DNA from: Candidatus Thorarchaeota archaeon SMTZ1-45
Lineage (GTDB): Archaea > Asgardarchaeota > Thorarchaeia > Thorarchaeales > Thorarchaeaceae
Reading direction: 5' to 3'
Length of the DNA: 19,554 nt
Assembly: GCA_001563335.1 (NCBI GenBank)
Contig: LRSL01000053.1
Span: 1-19,554 of the forward strand
Shown in pieces: positions 7,515-15,141 of the stretch. Within the stretch, counting starts at the first letter, position 1; each line of letters opens with the position of its first letter. The notes beneath the pieces are model-generated. The model had not been told where the DNA came from, did no database searches, and worked only from the letters and a program-made list of their open reading frames with translations. The translations under genes were made by a program, and so were the position numbers.

Positions 7515-9257
7515 TCACTTCCTTCTTCGTAATCTCGATTTTATCCTTCCACCAGAAGCTTTCGTTTTTGCCCAAATTTCCCTTCTAAAGACAATCAAGA
7601 GGAGGAAACCAATCGCCCCAAGAAATCCAAATATCCCGATTACAAAAGGGAGAAACCTAATATCTTCTAATAGAAATAGGATTAAGCCCATTATTCCGAG
7701 GAATCCAAATACCCAATAGTCTGCGTCCTTTAGTCCGAAATTGATTCGACCCAAATTGAACTGTCGCAAGCTTTGTTTAAGATTGCTGGACCTTTGTCCA
7801 ATGGAACCAACGATTCCAAATGGCATGAATAAAACAATGAATATATACATCACACCTAACACAACCAGCCATAATTGTCCAGGTAGACCCAGTCCCTCAG
7901 TGATGAAGTCCACTAAATTCAGCTCAGAGTAAACAACTACTCCGGTTCCGAGAATTGGACCAAACAGTGTACCTATTCCTCCGATAATAGTGTACAACAT
8001 TGCATTGATTGTAATTTCAACCCCTAACACTGAGTGTGGATCAATAACTCTAAGATATGGTGCATAGAACGCTCCTGCAAGTCCAGCTATCGCCCCACTT
8101 ATGACTAGCACAACTATTTTGGCACGATGACTACTGTAACCTAAGGCTTCAGCTCGTTCTTCATTCTGAGCCACAGCTGTAACCATTCTCCCAAATGGTG
8201 ATGCAATTAATCGTCTTATGAAAACATAGGTTATTACCAGACAAGTCAAAACTAGATAATATGTCACAGGAATGGTGAAGTAAAATATAGAGGAGTCTTC
8301 AATCCATAATGCGACCATTTCAGCAATGTTTGAACCAAAACTAACAACAATACCACTCAGGACGATGATTATGATAGTGGATGGTAATATGTAAGTAGTC
8401 ACAATATTAGATGATTTTACCCCTCCTGTGATCGATAAGTTCTCAGAATATTGAAGAGGGTCACTAATGGATTTACGCCGTTCCATAAAGTAGAGAACAA
8501 TCATCACGAGAAACGCCATGAACAAAAAAACCGATCCGTAGGCATTTCTCCCAAAAACAAATGTGAAACATGTGAAAACTACCATAACTGGAGTGATAAG
8601 GATCAGACCAGTATAGTCTGTCCGTTTCTTTATGTAGAGAATCATCATTCCAATAAATGCAGCAAGGATTACAAATGCCAGCGTGATAAATAGCAAGTAG
8701 AAAGGACCAGTCCTTATCAAATCAGGAGTCGCTACACTCAGTCCTGTTTCTCCTCCAGAGATATCTGGATTTTCAACAAAGAAATTATAGATGAACATCG
8801 CTATCGCCAAAGCAATAAACGCAAACGCAGTGCCCCTCATTCGACTTGTTGTCAGTCCCATTATGAACCCAAGAGCACCACCAATCATCATTGCCACAAT
8901 TAATGTAAGGGGATATGGAATTGCAGCAATGAGATTAAAGGGCGGTGGGAGAACGTCTGCGTCCAGAGTAAATGCCATGAAATAAGCTCCTACTCCAAAA
9001 AGCGCTACATGTCCGAAATTAAGAAGCGCTGACCGTCCTAGTTGTAAATCAAAGGACATTGCTAGAAGAGCGAAAATCAATATCTGAGTTATGAGGGAAA
9101 GCAGAGCTCGTGTGGGGGACGTACCTGCTGTTGTTCCCATTGGGAGTAGAAACAAAAACGCAAGGACAGCTATTATTGTTTTATTGCTTGACAGCATAGA
9201 AGGTATTCCAAGAATTATTTCCTTTATTGTGTCTAGGATATTTTTCACGTTATGCAT
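7515..9257 (-). CDS. livM: Liv-type ABC transporter permease (LivM), enlarged
   Basis: LLNFGHVALFGVGAY, FAFIALA, GGETGL, SPFGR, QNEERAEALG and IIGGIGTLFGPILG. Contains additional hydrophobic insertions. Confidence 0.9.
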   Translation of the reverse strand: MHNVKNILDTIKEIILGIPSMLSSNKTIIAVLAFLFLLPMGTTAGTSPTRALLSLITQILIFALLAMSFDLQLGRSALLNFGHVALFGVGAYFMAFTLDADVLPPPFNLIAAIPYPLTLIVAMMIGGALGFIMGLTTSRMRGTAFAFIALAIAMFIYNFFVENPDISGGETGLSVATPDLIRTGPFYLLFITLAFVILAAFIGMMILYIKKRTDYTGLILITPVMVVFTCFTFVFGRNAYGSVFLFMAFLVMIVLYFMERRKSISDPLQYSENLSITGGVKSSNIVTTYILPSTIIIIVLSGIVVSFGSNIAEMVALWIEDSSIFYFTIPVTYYLVLTCLVITYVFIRRLIASPFGRMVTAVAQNEERAEALGYSSHRAKIVVLVISGAIAGLAGAFYAPYLRVIDPHSVLGVEITINAMLYTIIGGIGTLFGPILGTGVVVYSELNLVDFITEGLGLPGQLWLVVLGVMYIFIVLFMPFGIVGSIGQRSSNLKQSLRQFNLGRINFGLKDADYWVFGFLGIMGLILFLLEDIRFLPFVIGIFGFLGAIGFLLLIVFRREIWAKTKASGGRIKSRLRRRK

Positions 9258-10362
9258 GACCTGTTAATCCTCCTGGTCGTATTATCAGAATAATCGCCAT
9301 AATGATGAAAACAATGATGTTCTCAAGAAATGGAATGAAGTATGCTGTGAATTGCATTGATAAACCAACTATTAATGCTCCAAAGAAAGTTCCTTCAAAG
9401 CGACCATAATGGGCTCCACCAACAACTACTATGACAAATGCAAATATGAGGTATGTAAGACCGTGCCCTGCGTTTGCTCCAATCCATGGGACTAAGACTG
9501 CACCTGATAGTCCTGCAAGACCCGCACCCAACATGAATACGATTGTAAACAGCTTTCTGATATCTGTCCCTAATGCTTCAACCATTTCCGAATCTTCTAT
9601 TCCCGCTTGAATCTGGAGTCCAATACGCGTTTTTTTGAACCCTACAAACATCAATCCAGCAACAGCTAATCCCAGAAAAATCAAGAAAATACGGTAGAGA
9701 TCGAATTGTAACCCTCCACCAAAATCAATAATGCCACTGATGAAGAAGTAGGATATTTGCGACCATTGAATAATATCAAAGGTAATCTGTGAAGGCGCCC
9801 AGATAATCTCAGCCATTTGAGTAATAATGAACATAAAACCAACTGTCAGCAGTATCTGAGCTATAGGATTACCATAGAGCCTTCGAATTGTAAAGAATTC
9901 TATTCCTCCACCAATGAGCGCTAGAACAGCTGTAGCTCCAAAAGCACTTACAATAAATGCTACCACTGACAAGGCAAAATAATTCTCTCCGAATAGGAGA
10001 TAGAATGGTAGGGTCGGATCTAGGAAAACCGCCTCCGTTGCGATATAGATTACAAAACCCATGAAACCTCCCAACATAAAGAAGGCGCCATGAGCGAAAT
10101 TAATGACATCACATAAACCAAAAATCAAGAAAAAGCCAGAAACCATCAAGAAGAGCAACATGCTGAGGGCTAGTCCATCAACCAGAGATTTACTAGCTCT
10201 AACAACAAATCCATTCCACGTATAGACATCTATTGCTACAACAACTAATAGAGCTCCAATAATAACGAAAACAACTACTAACGCGATTTTCAATATCTGA
10301 CGAATTTTAGGATTTTCTTCCATGTAGATTCGAGGTGAGAATCTCTCTCCTTTCATAGTCAT
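9250..10362 (-). CDS. livH: Liv-type ABC transporter permease (LivH)
   Basis: GFFLIFGLCDVINFAHGAFFMLGG, KTRIG, EDSEMVEALG and AFVIVVVGG. The start overlaps the livF stop (TAATG). Confidence 0.92.
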   Translation of the reverse strand: MTMKGERFSPRIYMEENPKIRQILKIALVVVFVIIGALLVVVAIDVYTWNGFVVRASKSLVDGLALSMLLFLMVSGFFLIFGLCDVINFAHGAFFMLGGFMGFVIYIATEAVFLDPTLPFYLLFGENYFALSVVAFIVSAFGATAVLALIGGGIEFFTIRRLYGNPIAQILLTVGFMFIITQMAEIIWAPSQITFDIIQWSQISYFFISGIIDFGGGLQFDLYRIFLIFLGLAVAGLMFVGFKKTRIGLQIQAGIEDSEMVEALGTDIRKLFTIVFMLGAGLAGLSGAVLVPWIGANAGHGLTYLIFAFVIVVVGGAHYGRFEGTFFGALIVGLSMQFTAYFIPFLENIIVFIIMAIILIIRPGGLTGHA

Positions 10363-11081
10363 TAAATGCTCACCCCCAGGTATTGTGCAACAAGTGCCTT
10401 GTCTTCTATTAACTCATCCATGTTATTACCTTCATGAACGATTTTTCCATTATCGAAAATGTAGAAATTATCACCCAGCTTGGACACTGCCCGGAAGTTC
10501 TGTTCGACCATTAATATTGTAGCATATTCCTTTAGCCTATCTAAAGAGTTGATAAGGTTCTTAGCTAAGAGAGGACTCAAACCCTCAGTAGGTTCATCTA
10601 TTAACAACAGCTCATTTTCATTCATCAATGCACGAGCAACTGCCAGCATTTGCTGTTGCCCACCTGATAGAGTTCCAGCTCTCTGTTTCATAAATCCCCT
10701 CATGTCAGGAAACAGTTCAAAGATGATATCCAATCGATATTGCATGTCATCTCGAGAACTCCCCTTCCTCATGGACACAATTAGATTCTGTTCAACTGAA
10801 AGTGATCCAAATATCCTTCTCGTATCAGGTACATATCCAATACCTTTGTTGACAATTTTATGAGTTGGTAGATTTGTTATCTCTTCACCCTTGAATACAA
10901 TACTCCCTTCTTTTGGAGGATATATCCCGAGTATTGATTTCATTGTAGTAGTTTTCCCAGAGCCATTCCGGCCTAGTAATAGAGTGACCTCTCCTTTTGG
11001 TACGACCAATGAGATTCCTTGCAGGATGTAAAAGGAACCAATATACACATGAGTGTTTTGTATTTCAAGCAAGTTTTTCAT
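10362..11081 (-). CDS. livF: Liv-type ABC transporter ATP-binding protein (LivF)
   Basis: Walker A GRNGSGKTT, signature LSGGQQQMLA, Walker B LLLIDEP and VEQN. Start set at ATG 11081 (track GTG 11090). Confidence 0.93.
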   Translation of the reverse strand: MKNLLEIQNTHVYIGSFYILQGISLVVPKGEVTLLLGRNGSGKTTTMKSILGIYPPKEGSIVFKGEEITNLPTHKIVNKGIGYVPDTRRIFGSLSVEQNLIVSMRKGSSRDDMQYRLDIIFELFPDMRGFMKQRAGTLSGGQQQMLAVARALMNENELLLIDEPTEGLSPLLAKNLINSLDRLKEYATILMVEQNFRAVSKLGDNFYIFDNGKIVHEGNNMDELIEDKALVAQYLGVSI

Positions 11082-11850
11082 CTGTACCACCTAGATAGGC
11101 TGTCAATACTTCTTCATTCTCTTGGATCTCCTTCGGAGAACCTTTAGCAATCATCTTTCCTTCTGATAGGACAAAAATCTCCTCGCTGAGGTTCATTACA
11201 ATGTCCATCTTATGTTCAACCACCAATAGTGTAAGTTGATCACCATACGATTCTTTGACTCGTAAAATGGCATCAATGACTTCTGGAATCTCTTCAATAG
11301 CCATTCCAGCCGCTGGTTCATCAAGTAAAAGGAGTCGCGGCTCAGTAGCGAGAGCCATTGCGATTTCAAGCTTTCTCTGTTCAGCATGTGGTATTAAAGC
11401 CGCCGGGATATAGAGTCGCATAGGATCAAGACCCACAATTGAAGCAATCTCCAAGACTTTCTCATGAAAATTGGTATATGTGCCTGCTTTCTTCAACATC
11501 CCGAGGAAGTTCACTCTTGCACCACTGCAACCTTGTGCTGCCAACCGAATATTTTCGAATGTTGTCTGATATGGAAAAATGTTCGTGATCTGGTAAGACC
11601 GTGAAATTCCTAGTCGTGTGCGTTGATGCATTGAAGTGCGAGTTATATTTCGACCTTCAAAGAATATATGTCCTGAAGAGGGTGGGAAGACTCCAGTAAT
11701 TAGATTAAAGAAAGTCGTTTTTCCTGAACCATTTGGGCCTATGATTGCTTTTATTGAACCCTTTTCCACATCGAGGCTTACATCATTAACAGCAATCAGC
11801 CCGCCAAAACTCTTAGTTAAAGCACTCGTGCTTAGGATTAAATCATTCAT
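11065..11850 (-). CDS. livG: Liv-type ABC transporter ATP-binding protein (LivG)
   Basis: KSFGGLIAVNDV, Walker A GPNGSGKTT, LLLLDEPAAG, VEHKM and C-terminal AYLG. The start is ATG 11850 or TTG 11859. Confidence 0.93.
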   Translation of the reverse strand: MNDLILSTSALTKSFGGLIAVNDVSLDVEKGSIKAIIGPNGSGKTTFFNLITGVFPPSSGHIFFEGRNITRTSMHQRTRLGISRSYQITNIFPYQTTFENIRLAAQGCSGARVNFLGMLKKAGTYTNFHEKVLEIASIVGLDPMRLYIPAALIPHAEQRKLEIAMALATEPRLLLLDEPAAGMAIEEIPEVIDAILRVKESYGDQLTLLVVEHKMDIVMNLSEEIFVLSEGKMIAKGSPKEIQENEEVLTAYLGGTDEKLA

Positions 11851-11859
11851 TGAGGACAA

Positions 11860-12052
11860 TTCGATTTCCTTCTATATTATATATTCAAAATTGATTATCC
11901 TCAGTGAAGTCGATTCAGGCGAATAATATATCTTTTGGATTTAATTGGAGCTATTCTATTGTTTCTATGTAAAAGAAAAGAGAAAGAGAGGTATCTTCAG
12001 GAAGACTAATACTCAACATTATCTTCACTCTGAATCAATAGGAGACTTTGCA
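11860..12052. promoter_or_regulatory. Divergent promoter region of the two operon arms
   Basis: Only gap between the oppositely oriented gene strings. AT-rich with TATA-like runs (TATATTATATATT near 11873-11885, AATAATATAT near 11922-11931). Individual elements are not resolved. Confidence 0.55.
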
Positions 12053-13582
12053 ATGGACCTTAAAGATTGGTCTTGGATAGGCGATTGGACAGGAAGAAGA
12101 GCCCTTTTGACTCCAAAAAAGGAGGCAATTTTTGACAACATCCAGAAAAAGAGATACACATTCGAAGAAATAGATAGACGAGCGAATCAGGTATCTAGGT
12201 TTTTTCTTGACTCAGGAGTACAAAAGGGGGACCGAATAGGAGTCTATTCTAAGAATAGGTTTGACTTTCTTGACATCCTCTTTGCTTGTGGGAAGATTGG
12301 AGCTATACTCACTCCGTTCAACACTCGCCTTACTGCACCTGAACTTGAATACCTAATAGAAAAGACAGACCCTGCGATGTTTCTTTATGACCCCAACTTG
12401 GACTCTCAATTTGAGGATTTACGTCCCTTTCTCGAGAAGAAGCATGTTATTGTCATGGGTGAGAAGACAATTGATGCCGATTCCAACATGCATTCATTAA
12501 TGACTAAAAAATCAGCTAGTGCAATCGAACGACCACCCCTCACACTTGATGATTCTTATTTAATCGTCTTTACTGGAGGTACTACTGGATTACCCAAGGG
12601 AGCTATCCTCTCACATGGATTGGTATTCTGGAACTCAGTCAACACAATTGTTTCATGGGGTCTCAGACCAGATGATATCCAACCACTTCTCTTTCCACTC
12701 TTTCATACTGGTGGAATCAATGTTCTCTTAATTCCTTTCTTTCATCTCGGAGCAAAGTCTATCATCATGGGAGATTTTGGTGCAGATGAAACTTTGAGGG
12801 TAATTGAAGATGAGAAATGTTCCATTGTCATTGCTGTTCCAACAATGTTCAACATGATATCTGAATCTCCAAAGTTTTCAAAGACCAAGTTTGACAGCGT
12901 TCGTGTCTTCATCAGTGGTGGTGCTCCCTGTCCAGTAGCAATTATGGAGAAGTATTGGGAACGTGGCAAGATACTCAAGATGGGTTATGGTCTTACTGAG
13001 GTTGGTCCAAACAATTTCTTTCTTCCTGAGAGTGAGGTTAAACGAAAGCCCTCGTCTGTTGGTTTCCCTGTCTTTCATTGTGATATGAGAGTAATTGATG
13101 ATAATGGTAATGATGTACCAACAGGCAATGTCGGTGAGTTGATACTCCGAGGTCCTCACATATTCTCTGGTTATTGGGATGAACCTGAAGAAACAGCAAA
13201 AACGATCGAACCTGATGGATGGGTCCATACAGGTGATCTCGCTGTGATAGATGATGAAGGATTCTATTTTATTACAGGTCGAAAGAAAGACATGTTCATC
13301 TCTGGGGGTGAGAATGTATATCCCACTGAAATCGAGGAACTTCTATACAAACACCCTTCAATATTGGAAGCTGCTGTAGTTGGAGTACCACATGAGAAAT
13401 GGGGTGAGGTTGGGAAGGCAGTCATCGTGTTGAAACCTGGTATGAGTCTCACTGAAGAACAGATTCTTGAATATCTTGATGGAAAGCTTGCTCGATATAA
13501 AATCCCGAAACACTACGAATTTAGAGATGAATTACCAAAGAGTGCAGCTGGGAAAATACTGAAACGTGAATTATCAGAATAG
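12053..13582 (+). CDS. Acyl-CoA synthetase (long-chain fatty acid-CoA ligase/MenE-like ANL family), paralog B
   Basis: FTGGTTGLPKG, PLFHTGG, GYGLTE, WVHTGD, GRKKDMFISGGENVYP and LPKSAAGKILK. Start set at ATG 12053 after SD AGGAG (12040-12044). Confidence 0.93.
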   Translation: MDLKDWSWIGDWTGRRALLTPKKEAIFDNIQKKRYTFEEIDRRANQVSRFFLDSGVQKGDRIGVYSKNRFDFLDILFACGKIGAILTPFNTRLTAPELEYLIEKTDPAMFLYDPNLDSQFEDLRPFLEKKHVIVMGEKTIDADSNMHSLMTKKSASAIERPPLTLDDSYLIVFTGGTTGLPKGAILSHGLVFWNSVNTIVSWGLRPDDIQPLLFPLFHTGGINVLLIPFFHLGAKSIIMGDFGADETLRVIEDEKCSIVIAVPTMFNMISESPKFSKTKFDSVRVFISGGAPCPVAIMEKYWERGKILKMGYGLTEVGPNNFFLPESEVKRKPSSVGFPVFHCDMRVIDDNGNDVPTGNVGELILRGPHIFSGYWDEPEETAKTIEPDGWVHTGDLAVIDDEGFYFITGRKKDMFISGGENVYPTEIEELLYKHPSILEAAVVGVPHEKWGEVGKAVIVLKPGMSLTEEQILEYLDGKLARYKIPKHYEFRDELPKSAAGKILKRELSE

Positions 13583-13595
13583 ATGAGGTTGATTA

Positions 13596-14624
13596 ATGAT
13601 GATAAAGAAATCTATAGGAATTGAAGCCATCGGTACTTACATCCCAAAAGAACGTCATACTGCAGAGTATATCTCCAGCAAGTCTGGGACCCCTGTTGAG
13701 ATTATCAAGTCAAAGATGGGCATGATTAGTAAAGCAGTACCAGGAAAAGATGACCACACCGTTGCTATGGGAGTAAAGGCTGCTAAGATAGCAATTGAAA
13801 GGGCAGGTATTGATCCTGCAAAAGACATCGATCTTGTGATTTGGGCTGGTGAGGTATATGCTGAACATCCAATGCAGACCTATGCTATTAAATTCCAGGG
13901 TGAGATTGGTGCAACAAAGGCATGGGCTTTTGATGTCAACCAGAGATGTGGTACTATTGTTGTTGCTATGATGCTAGTAAAAGCGCTCATGCAAACTTAT
14001 GGATATAAACGCGTCATTATCGGAAGTGGTTATCGGAATTCAGACCTAATCGACTATGGGAACATACGAACGCGATTCATGCATGACTTGGCAGCCAGTG
14101 GCGTTGCCATGATTCTTCGTGCAGATTATGACAGAAACATCGTTTTGGAGGGGAGTGTTATCTCTGATGGTCAGTTCTCTGAGGATGTCTATGTCCCAGC
14201 TGGTGGAACCGTCATGCCAATTACATGTGAAGCGATTGAAAAGGGTCTTACATATCTAGATGTTTCTGATCCTGAAGGTCTCAAACAGCGTTTGGATAAG
14301 TTATCAATGAAGAACTTCATTGCTGTCGTGGATGAGTCTCTCAAACAGAGTGGATATAGTCGAAAAGACATTGACTATCTTGGACTTTTAAGAATGAAAA
14401 GAAGCGCTTTCGAATATGTGGCAAATGAGCTTGGCGTGGATCCTTATGAACAATCTACGTATTTCGAAGAGTATGGTCATATGGGTCAAAATGATGCAAT
14501 TGTTTCTCTCGAAGAAGGTCTAAAAAGTGGAAAGATAAAGGATGGAGACCTCGTTGTTCTCACTGCAGCAGGAATTGGCTGGTCTTGGAATGCAATGACC
14601 ATAAAATGGGGCAAGGAGAAGTGA
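13596..14624 (+). CDS. 3-oxoacyl-ACP synthase III-like enzyme, divergent subfamily, paralog B
   Basis: IGTYIP, AFDVNQRCGT (catalytic Cys), YGHMGQND and KDGDLVVLTAAGIG. SD GAGGT at 13585-13589. Confidence 0.87.
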   Translation: MMIKKSIGIEAIGTYIPKERHTAEYISSKSGTPVEIIKSKMGMISKAVPGKDDHTVAMGVKAAKIAIERAGIDPAKDIDLVIWAGEVYAEHPMQTYAIKFQGEIGATKAWAFDVNQRCGTIVVAMMLVKALMQTYGYKRVIIGSGYRNSDLIDYGNIRTRFMHDLAASGVAMILRADYDRNIVLEGSVISDGQFSEDVYVPAGGTVMPITCEAIEKGLTYLDVSDPEGLKQRLDKLSMKNFIAVVDESLKQSGYSRKDIDYLGLLRMKRSAFEYVANELGVDPYEQSTYFEEYGHMGQNDAIVSLEEGLKSGKIKDGDLVVLTAAGIGWSWNAMTIKWGKEK

Positions 14625-14629
14625 AGTAA

Positions 14630-15052
14630 ATGGAAGTAACAAAGTATTCGGATATCAAAATGGGACAATCCGCAGAAGTTGTACACACTATTACTGAAGA
14701 GGATATTCAGGTCTTTGGTGATCTTAGTGGAGATTATAATCCGTTACACTTCGATGAAGACTGGGCAAAGAAGACTATGTTTGGAGGTCGAATTGCTCAT
14801 GGGATTCTAACAGCTTCTTTCATCAGCACTGCAATTGGTATGCATCTACCTGGCCCCGGGACTATCTATATGAGTCAGAGTATGCGTTTTCTTGGTCCTG
14901 TGAGGATTGGAGACACAATCACAACCAGAGTAGAAGTCGTACTTTTGAATGATGAGAAAGAACGAATAACCTTGAAAACTACTTGCACAAATCAGGATAG
15001 CAAGATAGTCATGGATGGAGAGGCACTAGTCACATTAATGAAGATGGACTGA
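14630..15052 (+). CDS. MaoC/PhaJ-type hotdog (R)-specific enoyl-CoA hydratase/dehydratase
   Basis: Hydratase-2 motif FGDLSGDYNPLH with Asp and His intact, plus FGGRIAHG, LPGPG and FLGPVRIGD. Confidence 0.92.
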   Translation: MEVTKYSDIKMGQSAEVVHTITEEDIQVFGDLSGDYNPLHFDEDWAKKTMFGGRIAHGILTASFISTAIGMHLPGPGTIYMSQSMRFLGPVRIGDTITTRVEVVLLNDEKERITLKTTCTNQDSKIVMDGEALVTLMKMD

Positions 15053-15135
15053 TGACTCCTATGGATGATGAAGAAAAAGCATCCACCATCAGAAAGATAA
15101 GGCTTGATGAATACTGGAAAAAACACACGAGGTAG
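15052..15135 (+). CDS. Putative 27-aa small protein MTPMDDEEKASTIRKIRLDEYWKKHTR
   Basis: Translated by hand. The ATG overlaps the MaoC stop (TGATG), and the ORF fills the gap and ends 6 nt before the next start. An alternative ATG lies at 15061. Confidence 0.5.
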   Translation: MTPMDDEEKASTIRKIRLDEYWKKHTR

Positions 15136-15141
15136 AGGAAA

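Noticed and set aside
3956-13582. Calling the ligases MenE and the hydrolases MenH (menaquinone synthesis)
   Set aside because: No menB/C/D/F genes are nearby, and the motifs seen are generic to the ANL and alpha/beta-hydrolase families.
3150-14624. Interpretation as an OleABCD olefin or beta-lactone cluster
   Set aside because: There is no OleD-type reductase in the window, the hydrolases have Ser rather than Asp nucleophiles, and the KAS enzymes lack the His/Asn that OleA retains. Kept only as an analogy.
14630-15052. Polyhydroxyalkanoate synthesis locus suggested by the PhaJ-like gene
   Set aside because: There is no PhaC/PhaE synthase, PhaA thiolase or PhaB reductase in the window.
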